Shown: positions 22,881 through 32,000 of the stretch, one piece after another
Position numbering within the stretch: the first letter of the stretch is position 1
How the letters are laid out: every line of letters begins with the position of its first letter
Assembly: GCA_900234795.1 (NCBI GenBank)
Contig: LT962688.1
Coordinates: 2,970,001-3,002,000 of the forward strand
Direction of reading: 5' to 3'
From: Methylorubrum extorquens
GTDB lineage: Bacteria; Pseudomonadota; Alphaproteobacteria; Rhizobiales; Beijerinckiaceae
DNA length: 32,000 bases
Notes under the pieces: model-generated
Seen by the model: only the letters and a program-made list of their open reading frames with translations
Databases searched by the model: none
What the model was told of the DNA's origin: nothing
Program-made: the position numbers and the translations under genes

Positions 22881-23366
22881 TTAGCGCTTCGAGAACTGGA
22901 AGCTGCGGCGAGCCTTCTTGCGGCCGTACTTCTTGCGCTCGACGACGCGCGGGTCACGGGTCAGGAAGCCTTCGCGCTTGAGCGAGGAGCGCAGCTCCGG
23001 CTCGTAGTAGGTCAGCGCCTTGGACAGGCCGTGGCGCACGGCGCCGGCCTGACCGGAGAGACCACCACCCTTCACCGTGACGGTGATGTCGTACTGATCG
23101 ACGCGGGACACGATCTCCAGCGGCTGGCGCAAGATCATGCGCAGCACCGGACGGGCGAAGTAGGTCTCGACCGGGCGGCCGTTGACGACCACGGTGCCGT
23201 TGCCGGGCTTGATCCAGACGCGGGCGACCGCGTCCTTACGCTTGCCGGTCGCGTAGGCGCGGCCCTGGGCGTCCAGCTTCTGGACGTGGACGGGCGCCTC
23301 GTTCTCGGGGTTGCTCGTCTGGGTGTTCGCCCGATTGAGGTCGGCGAGGGACTGAAGGGTCGCCAT
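22881..23366 (-). CDS. rpsI: 30S ribosomal protein S9
   Basis: ...[11 protein letters not shown]...[19 protein letters not shown]...[13 protein letters not shown]. The ATG lies 3 nt after the rplM stop. Confidence 0.95.
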
Positions 23367-23368
23367 GA

Positions 23369-23830
23369 TCAAGCGCTCACGTTCTTACGGTTGAGGGAGC
23401 CGACGTCGAGCGCCTGCGGCTGCTGGGCCTCGTGGGGATGCGCGGCACCCTTGTAGACGCGCAGATGGCCGAGGATCTGGCGGAAGAGCGGGCCGCGCGG
23501 CAGCATGCGCTCGACGGCCTTCTCGACCACGCGCTCGGGGAACCGGCCCTCGAGGATGAACTTGGCCGAGCGCTCCTTGATGCCGCCCGGATAGCCCGTG
23601 TGGTGGTAGTAGACCTTCTGGTCGTACTTGCGGCCGGTGAACTTCACCTTGTCCGCATTGATGACGATGACGTGGTCGCCGCAATCGACGTGGGGCGTGT
23701 AGGCGGGCTTGTGCTTGCCGCGCAGACGCATCGCCACGATCGAAGCGAGACGGCCCACGACGAGGCCCTCGGCGTCGATCACGACCCACTTCTTGTCGAC
23801 GTCGGCGGGCTTCAGCGAAGTGGTCTTCAT
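23369..23830 (-). CDS. rplM: 50S ribosomal protein L13
   Basis: [30 protein letters not shown]...[13 protein letters not shown]... The product is 153 aa. Confidence 0.95.
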
Positions 23831-23906
23831 GGCCGATTCCCGTGCCGGTGACGTTGGAAACAAGGCGCCGCCGCGTCGGGTGAGGACGCAGCGGCGTACG
23901 GCTGGG

Positions 23907-23935
23907 TCAATAGGGGGATTCTGTGTCTTCGTCAA
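23907..23935 (-). promoter_or_regulatory. Sigma70-like promoter candidate for rplM-rpsI
   Basis: The minus-sense sequence is TTGACG-N17-TATTGA, about 75 nt upstream of the rplM ATG. Confidence 0.3.
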
Positions 23936-24065
23936 GGCAGACGCTGAACGCCTCGAAGAGAAAAGCGCAATCCGTGGAAGGCTTTTGCCGTTGCGGTATT
24001 GAGATACCGCATCCGGTTCGCCGTCTCGGCTTCTGCTCCTCCGAGGGGATCGCGACGAGCGCGAA

Positions 24066-24100
24066 CGAAAAAGCCCGCCACGGACGGAGCCGGGCGGGCG
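24066..24100 (-). terminator. Intrinsic terminator downstream of the transglutaminase-like gene
   Basis: In minus sense, GCCCGCC pairs with GGCGGGC around a 13-nt loop, followed by TTTTT. Confidence 0.5.
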
Positions 24101-24245
24101 GAGTTTGGAGATTCGTCCAGGCTTACCTGGAACATAAGATTGACGGGCTAAAATGCCGTTTAATCCGCCGGGCCCGAAAAAAACTTCATATCGCGCTCGG
24201 GCCACCGGATTCGCGGGGTGAGGCGTCGATCGTGAGGCGCCTCGG

Positions 24246-25106
24246 TCAGGCCGCGCCGGCATGCGGAGCCGGCTCCTCCGTCGAGATCGCATCGACCGTG
24301 CGCTCCATCGGCTCCGGGCCTCCGCCGGCGCGATCGATGCGGATCTCCATACTGGTCGGCTGCATCTCGCCGTAGGGCGTCGAGAAGGCGATTTCGGCGG
24401 CATCCCGCCCGATGCCGATGCGCACGAGACCGTCGAGATGGGCTTGGCGCGTCGCGTCGAACAGCCACCAGCGCCCATCGAGATAGGCCTCGAACACGGC
24501 GTGGAAGTCGCTGGGCACGAGGCCGTAGGCGTAACAGCTCACGAACCGGGCCGGGATGCCGAGCCCGCGGCAGAAGGCGGCGCCGAGATGGGCGAAGTCG
24601 CGGCAGACGCCGGCGCGCATCAGCAGGCTCTCGTCGGCCGTCGTCTCGCCGTCGCTCGAACCACGCCGATAGGCGATGTTGTCATGGATCCAGTTGCAGA
24701 TCGCATTGACGCGCTGATGGCCCTTCGGAAGGCTTCCGAACTCGGCTTGGGCGAAGGCGGCGAGCCGGTCCGACGAGACGAAGCGGCTCGGCAGCAGGAA
24801 GGGGAGGATGTCGAGGGGGAGCTCGGAGACGGGCGTCTCGGCAATCGTCGCCGGATCGGCCCGCACGACGGTCAGATCCACCTCGGCATTGTATTCGAGC
24901 GAGAACGGGCCGGGCTGCACGTTCACGCCGAGATAGCGGTTCTTGAGATCCGGCGTGACGTAGACGCGCCGCGCCAGGTCCGGCGCCAGGGTCAGGCTTT
25001 CGCGGGCGATGTCGAGGCTTTGCAGCTTCGCGACCTCGACATTGAAGATGAAGGTGGTGGGCGCCTTGACCTCATAGGCAAGACTGCAACCGAGCTTGAA
25101 TCGCAC
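24246..25106 (-). CDS. Transglutaminase-like cysteine peptidase family protein
   Basis: The motif [29 protein letters not shown]...[19 protein letters not shown] fits the transglutaminase-core Cys/His/Asp pattern. Confidence 0.8.
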   Translation of the reverse strand: MRFKLGCSLAYEVKAPTTFIFNVEVAKLQSLDIARESLTLAPDLARRVYVTPDLKNRYLGVNVQPGPFSLEYNAEVDLTVVRADPATIAETPVSELPLDILPFLLPSRFVSSDRLAAFAQAEFGSLPKGHQRVNAICNWIHDNIAYRRGSSDGETTADESLLMRAGVCRDFAHLGAAFCRGLGIPARFVSCYAYGLVPSDFHAVFEAYLDGRWWLFDATRQAHLDGLVRIGIGRDAAEIAFSTPYGEMQPTSMEIRIDRAGGGPEPMERTVDAISTEEPAPHAGAA

Positions 25107-25192
25107 GGGACGGCTCCGAATTTTGCGGGAAGATGCCTCATTCGAGCGAGGCGTTTTGCCGCAAACGCGCAGAGATCCGTTCGGCTCCGCTT

Positions 25193-25798
25193 TCAGGCTG
25201 CTTGTTTTTTGCGCTGCAGCAGAAGCACGGTCAGCGAGCGCACGCCTTGCGCCCCGTGGATCAGCACGCCCTCGATGTCGGCCGTCGCGGACGGACCCGT
25301 ATGGAGCACGGCATAAGCCGCCTGTCCGAAGTCCGGACGCTTATAGGCAGCCTGGATGTTCACGAGGATGTCGGCTGGGTCGAGCAGCACGATCAAGTGC
25401 TGGGCGAGATAGGCGACCGCGTTCACGATCAGGTCGTCTTGCGTGAACAGTACCGAGCCGGTCTCGGCGACGCCGAAGCGCGCGCGCACCACCGCCACGT
25501 CGACATCGTTGACCTCGGTCGGCTTGGCGACACCGGCGAGGTTACGATTCCCCGAGAATTCGGGCACGGCGGAGGCGATCACCGCCGCCCCGTCCAGACG
25601 CGCCCGCACCGGGGCGAAGGGATCGGACGGGCCGCCCGCACGCTCGACGCGCCCGCCCATCTTGCCCAGACGCTCGGCGAATTCGGCGACGAGATCGTCA
25701 CCCACCAGGGGCGCGAAGGTCGGCACCTCCGGCAGCGGGAAGTCGCCGGCCGGGCGGTTGGCCTTGAGCCGGCCGAGGATGGCCTCGCGGGCGCTCAC
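25193..25798 (-). CDS. lutC: Lactate utilization protein C (LUD domain)
   Basis: The GTG start overlaps the lutB stop as GTGA. REAILGRL...AETGSVL...GPSATADIE matches LutC/YkgG from memory. It is the third gene of a lutA-lutB-lutC string. Confidence 0.8.
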   Translation of the reverse strand: MSAREAILGRLKANRPAGDFPLPEVPTFAPLVGDDLVAEFAERLGKMGGRVERAGGPSDPFAPVRARLDGAAVIASAVPEFSGNRNLAGVAKPTEVNDVDVAVVRARFGVAETGSVLFTQDDLIVNAVAYLAQHLIVLLDPADILVNIQAAYKRPDFGQAAYAVLHTGPSATADIEGVLIHGAQGVRSLTVLLLQRKKQAA

Positions 25799-27369
25799 GC
25801 GTCGCTCCCCTTCTTCATCCGGTTCTGGCGGTACCACGCGTGGAAGCTCTGGCGCGGGGCGTGGGGCATCTCGCGCTTCTTCCCCCAGGTGTTGGCCGGG
25901 TTGTAGACGGCAAAGCGCGGCAGGACGCGCAGGGCCGAGTCGGCGGTCTGGATCGCGGCGCGGTACGCGGCGGGACGGCTCAGCACGGCGCCGGCGGCCT
26001 TCATCATGCCCTGCTTCAGGAGCGGGATCTGGTGCTCCTCCGCCAGCACCTTGCGCCAGGCGAAGATCTGCTCGTGGATGTTGATCTTCACCGGGCAGAC
26101 ATTGGTGCAGGAGCCGTTCATAGTCGAGGAGAACGGCAGGGTCGAGTATTTCCGCTTGTTGAAGGTCGGATCGATGATGAGCCCGATCGGCCCGGAATAG
26201 GTCGCGCCATAGGAGAGGCCACCCGAGCGCCGGTAGACCGGGCAGGTGTTCATGCAGGCGCCGCAGCGGATGCATTTGAGCGAGGTCCAGAACTCCTCCA
26301 TCGCGAGCCGCTCGGAGCGGCCGTTATCGACCAGCACCATGTGCATCTCGGTGCCGGGCCGCGGCCCGCGGAAATGCGAGGTGTACTGGGTGATCGGCGA
26401 GCCGAGCGCCGAGCGCGACAGCAGGCGGATGAACACGCCGAGATGCTCGACCCGCGGGATGATCTTCTCGATGCCGATCGAGTGGATCTGCAGCGGGGGC
26501 ACGTTGCCGGAGAGGTCGGCATTGCCCTCGTTGGTGCAGGTGACCACCGTGCCGGTCTCGGCGATGGCGAAGTTGCAGCCGGTGAGGCCGGCATCGGCCT
26601 TGAGGATCAGCGGGCGCGTGGTCTCGCGCTGGCTCTCGGCGAGGTAGTGGGCGTCATCGTTGTCGGGGTCGGTACCGAGCGTCCGGGCGAACACCTCGGC
26701 GACGTCGAGGCGGGTCTTGTGGACCGCCGGCATCACCACGTGGCTCGGCTCCTCGTCGTCGAGCTGCTGGATGCGCTCGCCGAGATCGGTCTCGATCACG
26801 TCGATGTCGTGGGCCGCCATGAAGTGGCGGAAGCCGCACTCCTCGGTCAGCATCGATTTCGACTTCACCAGCGACTTGGCGCCGTGCTTGCGCAGGATGT
26901 CGAGGACGATACGGTTGTGGTCCGCCCCATCCTCGGCCCAGTGGACGTGGACGCCGTTGGCCTTTGCGGCCGCCTCGAACTGTTCGAGGTAATGGTCGAG
27001 ATGGGTGAGCGTGTGCGTCTTGATCTGCGAGGCGATCTCGCGAAGCTCTTCCCACTCGGGGATGCCGTGGGCGGCGACATCGCGCTTGCGGCGCACGTCC
27101 CAGAGGCGCTCGTCATGGGCCTTCTGATGCATCGGCGCGGCGAGGAAGCGCTCGGCGGCCTCCGCCTGATCGATCGGGCGGTTGCCGCGTACCTTGGCGC
27201 CGCGGGGCTGCGGCTCGCGCGGCGCGTCGGCGCGGATCGGCTTCGAGGCGGCTTCGGCGTGCTGGAGCCGTTTGCCGCCGGGGCCGCGCTCGCTCTCGTC
27301 GGAGGGCGCGCGCACCTCGGGGTGGAGCACGTCCTCGGTCTGGCGCGGGGTCAGGTCGTCGGCGCTCAT
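25795..27369 (-). CDS. lutB: Lactate utilization protein B (iron-sulfur cluster-binding)
   Basis: It carries two 4Fe-4S motifs (CIRCGACMNTCPVY and CTNVCPVKI). The start overlaps the lutA stop as ATGA. The N-terminus has about 65 aa of low-complexity extension. Confidence 0.9.
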   Translation of the reverse strand: MSADDLTPRQTEDVLHPEVRAPSDESERGPGGKRLQHAEAASKPIRADAPREPQPRGAKVRGNRPIDQAEAAERFLAAPMHQKAHDERLWDVRRKRDVAAHGIPEWEELREIASQIKTHTLTHLDHYLEQFEAAAKANGVHVHWAEDGADHNRIVLDILRKHGAKSLVKSKSMLTEECGFRHFMAAHDIDVIETDLGERIQQLDDEEPSHVVMPAVHKTRLDVAEVFARTLGTDPDNDDAHYLAESQRETTRPLILKADAGLTGCNFAIAETGTVVTCTNEGNADLSGNVPPLQIHSIGIEKIIPRVEHLGVFIRLLSRSALGSPITQYTSHFRGPRPGTEMHMVLVDNGRSERLAMEEFWTSLKCIRCGACMNTCPVYRRSGGLSYGATYSGPIGLIIDPTFNKRKYSTLPFSSTMNGSCTNVCPVKINIHEQIFAWRKVLAEEHQIPLLKQGMMKAAGAVLSRPAAYRAAIQTADSALRVLPRFAVYNPANTWGKKREMPHAPRQSFHAWYRQNRMKKGSDA

Positions 27370-28109
27370 GCGGCGGCTCCGTTCAGCACCTGGGCGATGT
27401 GAATGTATTTGAGGCCGACGCCGAGACGCTCGGCGCAGCCCTTCTGGTGCATCAGGCAGGAGGAATCAGCCGAGACCACGTATTCGGCGCCCGCGCGGGC
27501 CTGATCGGTCACTTTGTCGTAGCCCATCTTGGCCGAGACCGCGGGCTCGAACACCGAGAAGGTGCCCCCGAAGCCGCAGCACTCGTCGGGCCGGGTCAGA
27601 TCGACGATCTCCACCCCCTTCACCTTCTTCAGAAGGTTGAGCGGCTTTGAGAAGAACGGCTGGTTCAGTTCGGTCGGCCGGGCATGGCCGATGCCGCGCA
27701 GCGCGTTGCAGTTCGAGTGGTAGGCGACCTTGTGCGGGAACTCCGCCCAGGGAAGATCCTCGATCTTGAGCACGTCGTGGAGGAACTCGACGAGCTCGAA
27801 CGTCCTGGCCCGCACATGCTTGACCGCATCGGTCTGCGGGATGGCGGTGAGGTGCTCGCGCACCTGATGCACGCAGGAGCCGGACGGGGCGACGATGTAG
27901 TCGAACCCGGAAAAATTCTTGACGAACAGCGCCTCGGTCGCGGCGGCCTCTTGATGGCAGCCGGTATTGGTCATCGGCTGGCCGCAGCAGGTCTGATCGT
28001 AAGGGTATTCGACGGTGAGGCCGAAGCGCTCCAGCAGTTCCAGCGTGGCGATGCCGACCTCGGGCTCGAAGGCATCGACGTAGCAGGGGACGAACAGTCC
28101 GATCCGCAT
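27366..28109 (-). CDS. lutA: Lactate utilization protein A ((Fe-S)-binding oxidoreductase with CCG domains)
   Basis: MRIGLFVPCYVD...DQTCCGQP...PDECCGFGG shows duplicated CCG motifs. The ATG is at 28109. Confidence 0.9.
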   Translation of the reverse strand: MRIGLFVPCYVDAFEPEVGIATLELLERFGLTVEYPYDQTCCGQPMTNTGCHQEAAATEALFVKNFSGFDYIVAPSGSCVHQVREHLTAIPQTDAVKHVRARTFELVEFLHDVLKIEDLPWAEFPHKVAYHSNCNALRGIGHARPTELNQPFFSKPLNLLKKVKGVEIVDLTRPDECCGFGGTFSVFEPAVSAKMGYDKVTDQARAGAEYVVSADSSCLMHQKGCAERLGVGLKYIHIAQVLNGAAA

Positions 28110-28231
28110 GGCGCTCTTCTGATCGTGATTTGAGTCGGTTGGCCCGCGTCTCCACCTTGGAACGGTTTCAAGCGGACAGGTGCTGCATACGCCTCCGATC
28201 CCCGGTTTCCAAGCGTGCCGCCTGATCCCGG

Positions 28232-28852
28232 TCAGTTGGTCACGGGGGCGGTCCGTCCGGCGGCGCGAATACGCTCCAGCACGCTCGCGTAGTTTTCCGG
28301 CGTCAGGATTCCGACGAGCTTGTCGCGGATGCGACCGTCCGGACCGATGATGAAGGTCTCCGGCACGCCGTAGACGCCGAGGTCGATTCCGGCCCGGCCG
28401 CTCGTGTCGGCGCCGACCGCCGCGAACGGCAGGCCGTTGCGTTCCAGCCAGCGCCGTCCGGCGTCGCCGGGATCCTTGTAGTCGATGCCGACGAGGCGGA
28501 TGCCGGGCTCCTGCGCAAGCCGCATCAGCATCGGATGCTCGATCTGGCAGGGGGCGCACCACGAGGCGAAGATGTTGAGGACGGTCACCTGCCCCTTGAG
28601 GTCCGCACTCGACAAACCGGGCACCGGCCGGCCGGCAGCCTGGAGGCCCGGCACCGGCTCCAGCGCGAAAGCTGGGACCGGTTTGCCGATCAACGCCGAG
28701 GGCAAAGCCGCAGGATCGGCACCCGAGCGCAGCCGGACCAGGAAGGCGACGGCCAGGATGGCGAAGACGAGCACTGGCAGCAGCGCCAGGAGCGAGAGGC
28801 GCGGGCGCTCCCCGGTGCCGGGCGGGGTCGCGTGCGGGGCCTGCGCGCTCAC
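28232..28852 (-). CDS. ccmG: Thiol:disulfide interchange protein for cytochrome c maturation (CcmG/DsbE)
   Basis: It has an N-terminal TM anchor, a WCAPC active site and the GVYGVPETFIIG motif. The GTG start overlaps the ccmD stop as GTGA. Confidence 0.85.
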   Translation of the reverse strand: MSAQAPHATPPGTGERPRLSLLALLPVLVFAILAVAFLVRLRSGADPAALPSALIGKPVPAFALEPVPGLQAAGRPVPGLSSADLKGQVTVLNIFASWCAPCQIEHPMLMRLAQEPGIRLVGIDYKDPGDAGRRWLERNGLPFAAVGADTSGRAGIDLGVYGVPETFIIGPDGRIRDKLVGILTPENYASVLERIRAAGRTAPVTN

Positions 28853-29001
28853 GAGCGACCTCCCCGCTCGTCCTGCAACTCGGCGAGCGCGCGGCGCTGC
28901 GCCCGCCCGTCCCACCAGCCATTGAGGGCCAGGGAGCCGAGCACCAGGGCTGCGAAGCCGTAGGAACCGACGATGAAGGGGGCGTAAGGTCCGAATTCCA
29001 T
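28849..29001 (-). CDS. ccmD: Heme exporter protein D
   Basis: This ORF is not in the track (50 aa). Hand translation gives MEFGPYAPFIVGSYGFAALVLGSLALNGWWDGRAQRRALAELQDERGGRS. It has a single TM segment and lies between ccmC and ccmG. Confidence 0.65.
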   Translation of the reverse strand: MEFGPYAPFIVGSYGFAALVLGSLALNGWWDGRAQRRALAELQDERGGRS

Positions 29002-29034
29002 GGCGGGTCTCAGAGTGCTCGTCCCATCGATCGT

Positions 29035-29137
29035 CCTAGAGCCGTATCCGACCCGATTGCATCAGGCCGGCGTCTCTAGGTCTTTGTGTCAACGCGCTTT
29101 CTTCCGCCGAACCGGCGTCCACTTCGTCGGAAAGCGC
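29035..29137. repeat. Structured intergenic element between ccmC and ccmD (two inverted-repeat pairs)
   Basis: CCTAGAG (29035-29041) pairs with CTCTAGG (29074-29080). GCGCTTTC (29094-29101) pairs with GAAAGCGC (29130-29137), and the complementarity continues imperfectly inward. It resembles the short palindromic intergenic repeats of Rhizobiales genomes (from memory only). Confidence 0.4.
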
Positions 29138-29138
29138 T

Positions 29139-29945
29139 CTAGATCGCTTGGCCCACGGGAAGGGTCGTCGCCGCGCGCGTCATCGGTGCGGCCTCCTGCA
29201 CGCCGGCATCGAGCCGCTCCGCCTGCCGGATCAGCAGCGTGCGCACCCGGCGGCGGTAGATCTCGGTTCGCATCGCCTGAAGATGCAGCGTGACGCCGAG
29301 CAGGGTCATCGCCAGCACCATCTCGAGCAGCGGGTAGAGCATCGAGGAATCGATGGACGAGCCGCCCATGCGAAGGATCGAGGCCGGCTGATGCAGCGTC
29401 GACCACCAGTTCACCGAGAATTTGATGATCGGCAGGTTCACCGCGCCGACCAGCGTCAGGATCGAGACCGCGCGCGCCGCCCGGCTCGGATCCTCGATGG
29501 TCCGCCATAGGGCGATGATGCCGCAATAGATCAGGAACAGCACCAGCATCGAGGTCAACCGCGCGTCCCAGACCCAGTAGGTCCCCCACATTGGCTTGCC
29601 CCAAAGCGAGCCGGTGACGAGGCAGATCAGGGTGAAGGCCGCACCGATCGGCGCGGCGGCGCGCTGCGACACGTCGGCGAGCGGGTGGCGCCAGACCATC
29701 GTGCCGATCGCCGAGAGCGTCATCGCCCCATAGAAGCCCATGCCGAGAATCGCGGCAGGGACGTGGACATACATGATCCGCACGGTGTCGCCCTGTTGGT
29801 AGTCGGGCGGCACAACGAAGAAGGTCAGGTACAGCCCGGCGGCAACGAGCAGGGCCGACGCCGCCGCGAGCCAGGGCAAGGCCGCACCCGACCAGCGCAG
29901 GAATTGGCCCGGATGGGCGAGGCGGTTCCAGAGAGCGGTCCACAT
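29139..29945 (-). CDS. ccmC: Heme exporter protein C
   Basis: It has the Trp-rich motif WGKPMWGTYWVWDARLTS and multiple TM helices. The ATG at 29945 has GGAGG 5 nt upstream (alternative start at 29957). Confidence 0.9.
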   Translation of the reverse strand: MWTALWNRLAHPGQFLRWSGAALPWLAAASALLVAAGLYLTFFVVPPDYQQGDTVRIMYVHVPAAILGMGFYGAMTLSAIGTMVWRHPLADVSQRAAAPIGAAFTLICLVTGSLWGKPMWGTYWVWDARLTSMLVLFLIYCGIIALWRTIEDPSRAARAVSILTLVGAVNLPIIKFSVNWWSTLHQPASILRMGGSSIDSSMLYPLLEMVLAMTLLGVTLHLQAMRTEIYRRRVRTLLIRQAERLDAGVQEAAPMTRAATTLPVGQAI

Positions 29946-30142
29946 GGACGCCTCCATACCGCCGAGTGCGCTGCAGCAGCAATGCGCGCCAACGTCCCGT
30001 CCGGCGTCCGCTTTTTGTGCGGGCGGACTGCGAAACATTTGTGCAACGCGATAACGGAACGCGTGGTAATCATAAGAATTAACGCTTGGTCCCGCTCAGT
30101 CTCTATTTTCGGGGATTGAAAATCGAAGTCACGAGCTGCCGC

Positions 30143-30982
30143 ATGCTGATCAAGGCCGGTTACGACATCACCTTCGAGACTGATGCTGCAACGCCGATGT
30201 CGCTGCTCCTCAGCCTTCACCCCTCCCGCGAGGGCGATCTGCGCAGCCCGCAAGACATCGTCTTCGATCCGGTGATTCCGCAGCGGCAGACGCTCGATTC
30301 CTTCGGCAACGTCTGCACCCGCATCGTCGCGCCGCCGGGCCGCCTCTCGATCTCGGCAGACTTCCTGGTCGCCGATTCGGGCTTGCCCGACGCAGTCGCG
30401 CCGGAGGCCGCCCAGATTCCGGTGGAGGCCCTACCCGACGACGTGATGCTCTACCTGATGGCGAGCCGCTACTGCGACACCGATAAGTTGGCCGGGATTG
30501 CGTGGTCGCTCTTCGGCCAGACGCCGCAGGGTTGGGCGCGGGTTCAGGCCATCGTCGATTACGTGCACGAGCGCATCCGCTTCAATTATATGCAGGCGGA
30601 TGCCACCCGCTCGGCCTTCGACGGCTACCAGCAGCAGGTCGGCGTCTGCCGCGATTTCGCGCATCTCGCCGTCGCGTTCTGCCGCTGCATGAACATTCCG
30701 GCGCGCTACTGCACCGGCTATCTCGGCGACATCGGCGTGCCGCCCGTGGCCGATCCGATGGACTTTTCGGCGTGGTTCGAGGTCTATCTCGGCGGGCGCT
30801 GGTACACCTTCGACGCCCGCCACAACACGCCGCGGATCGGCCGCATCGTCATGGCGCGCGGTCGCGACGCGACGGATTGCGCGATCTCCACGAGCTTCGG
30901 CGCGGCGCGGCTGGTCAGCTTCGCGGTTCACACCGATGCGGTGGCGGATGGAACGAAGGCCGATCTGGTCCGAGCCGCGTAG
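30143..30982 (+). CDS. Transglutaminase-like cysteine peptidase family protein (divergent paralog of 24246-25106)
   Basis: [29 protein letters not shown]...FSAWFEVYLGGRWYTFDAR. The ATG is at 30143 within the 30086 ORF. Confidence 0.8.
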   Translation: MLIKAGYDITFETDAATPMSLLLSLHPSREGDLRSPQDIVFDPVIPQRQTLDSFGNVCTRIVAPPGRLSISADFLVADSGLPDAVAPEAAQIPVEALPDDVMLYLMASRYCDTDKLAGIAWSLFGQTPQGWARVQAIVDYVHERIRFNYMQADATRSAFDGYQQQVGVCRDFAHLAVAFCRCMNIPARYCTGYLGDIGVPPVADPMDFSAWFEVYLGGRWYTFDARHNTPRIGRIVMARGRDATDCAISTSFGAARLVSFAVHTDAVADGTKADLVRAA

Positions 30983-30984
30983 CC

Positions 30985-32000
30985 TTACGCCATCACCTGA
31001 TCGGCCACCGCCTCAGCCAGCGAGAGCGCGGAGGTGAGGCCCGGACTTTCGATCCCGAAGAGCTGCACCAAGCCCGGCCATCCGTGCTCGCCCGGGCCGT
31101 CGATGCGAAAATCCGCTGCCGGCTCGCCGGGGCCGCTGAGCTTCGGCCGGATGCCCGCATAGTCCGGCATCAGGCGCCCGTTCGGCAGGCTGGGCCAGTA
31201 GCGCCGGATTGCCGCCTCGAAGCGCTCGGCGCGTCCCGGATCGACCACGTAATCGGGGGCGTCGACCCACTCGACATCGGGCCCGAACCGCATGCGTCCG
31301 GCGAGGTCCAGGGTCAGGTGGATGCCGAGGCCTCCCTCGACCGGAGCGGGGTAGATCAGCCGCGTGAAGGCCGGCCGCCCGTTGCATCCGAAATAGCTGC
31401 CCTTGGCCAGAACCTGACGGGGGATGCCGTCCGCCGCCATTCCCTCGATCCGGCGGGCGAGGGCCTGCGCGCCGAGGCCCGCGGCGTTGATGAGACAATC
31501 GACCTGCAGCACGTCCGGCGCCGCGCCGCCGAAGCGGACCTCCCAACGACCATCCCGGCGCTCGGCCGCTTCGATCGGGGTATTCAACGCCAGCACGCCG
31601 CCCGCATCTTCGACATCGCCGAGGAGCGCCAGCATCAGGGCGTGGCTGTCGACGATGCCGGTGGCGGGGGAATGGAGCGCGGCGACGCAGGACAAGGCCG
31701 GTTCCAGAGCCACAGCCTCGGCGCGCTCACACCAAGTCAGGCCCTCGACCCCGTTCTCGCCCCCGCGGGACAGGATCGTTTCGAGCGCCGAGCGCTCCGC
31801 CTCGTGCGTCGCCACGATCAGCTTGCCGCACAGCCGGTACGGCACGCCGTGGCTCTCGCAGAATTCGACGAGACGGCGGCGCCCCTCGACGCAATGGCGG
31901 GCGCGCAGCGAGCCGGGGGGATAATACATCCCGCCGTGGATCACCTCCGAACTGCGGGCGGACACGCCGGTGCCGATCGCCTCGGCTGCCTCCGCTACGA
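30985..32000 (-). CDS. FAD-dependent oxidoreductase (L-2-hydroxyglutarate oxidase-like), with the N-terminus outside the window
   Basis: The frame stays open to base 32000 (...VAEAAEAIGTGVSARSSEVIHGGMYYPPGSLRARHC...), which is typical of the DAO/LhgO family as I remember it. Confidence 0.75.
   Translation of the reverse strand, partial: VAEAAEAIGTGVSARSSEVIHGGMYYPPGSLRARHCVEGRRRLVEFCESHGVPYRLCGKLIVATHEAERSALETILSRGGENGVEGLTWCERAEAVALEPALSCVAALHSPATGIVDSHALMLALLGDVEDAGGVLALNTPIEAAERRDGRWEVRFGGAAPDVLQVDCLINAAGLGAQALARRIEGMAADGIPRQVLAKGSYFGCNGRPAFTRLIYPAPVEGGLGIHLTLDLAGRMRFGPDVEWVDAPDYVVDPGRAERFEAAIRRYWPSLPNGRLMPDYAGIRPKLSGPGEPAADFRIDGPGEHGWPGLVQLFGIESPGLTSALSLAEAVADQVMA

Noticed and set aside
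1-32000. A CRISPR array, rRNA genes, an integrase or transposase, or an IS element.
   Set aside because: I saw no regularly spaced direct repeats, no rRNA-like sequence, and no recombinase or transposase-like translation in any frame.

Overview
About 32 kb of high-GC DNA (hand counts give roughly 65-70% G+C in coding parts). Gene content and composition look alphaproteobacterial, possibly Rhizobiales/Methylobacterium-like, but that is inference only. All family names come from reading the translations and from memory of family motifs; no searches were run. The window falls into three blocks. (1) 1-16,740 is the late arm of a siphovirus-type prophage, about 21 genes, all on the + strand and packed with ATGA/GTGA stop-start overlaps. 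It runs from an HK97-type capsid C-terminus through connector, adaptor and neck proteins, a major tail protein and a G/T-like chaperone pair. That pair carries an in-phase GGGAAAT slippery heptamer with a downstream hairpin. Then come a tape measure and a lambda-like M-L-K-I-J tip module. The I-like gene changes frame exactly at a (TC)4 tract and then runs without a stop into the J-like gene. The arm ends with a tail fibre, two unknowns, a GH19 endolysin, an internally duplicated 4-TM holin candidate, a tail-anchored coiled-coil protein and an intrinsic terminator. (2) 16,750-19,390 is a compositionally foreign junction island with no family I recognise. It holds structured non-coding DNA, an orphan 140-aa gene and a 140-bp core at about 31% G+C. 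It also holds two tandem paralogous 30-32 aa hydrophobic peptides that the ORF track missed. They lie downstream of a signal-anchored protein and face a convergent promoter-like element that would produce an antisense RNA. This is my best candidate for an undescribed module (a small membrane-peptide toxin or exclusion-type locus), but it rests on sequence inspection only. (3) 19,391-32,000 holds ordinary chromosomal genes: an ABC exporter, an aldose epimerase-family gene, mop, a DUF2293-like gene, rplM-rpsI, lutABC, ccmC-ccmD-ccmG, an FAD oxidoreductase, and two divergent transglutaminase-like paralogs. No tRNA, rRNA, CRISPR array, integrase or transposase was found.
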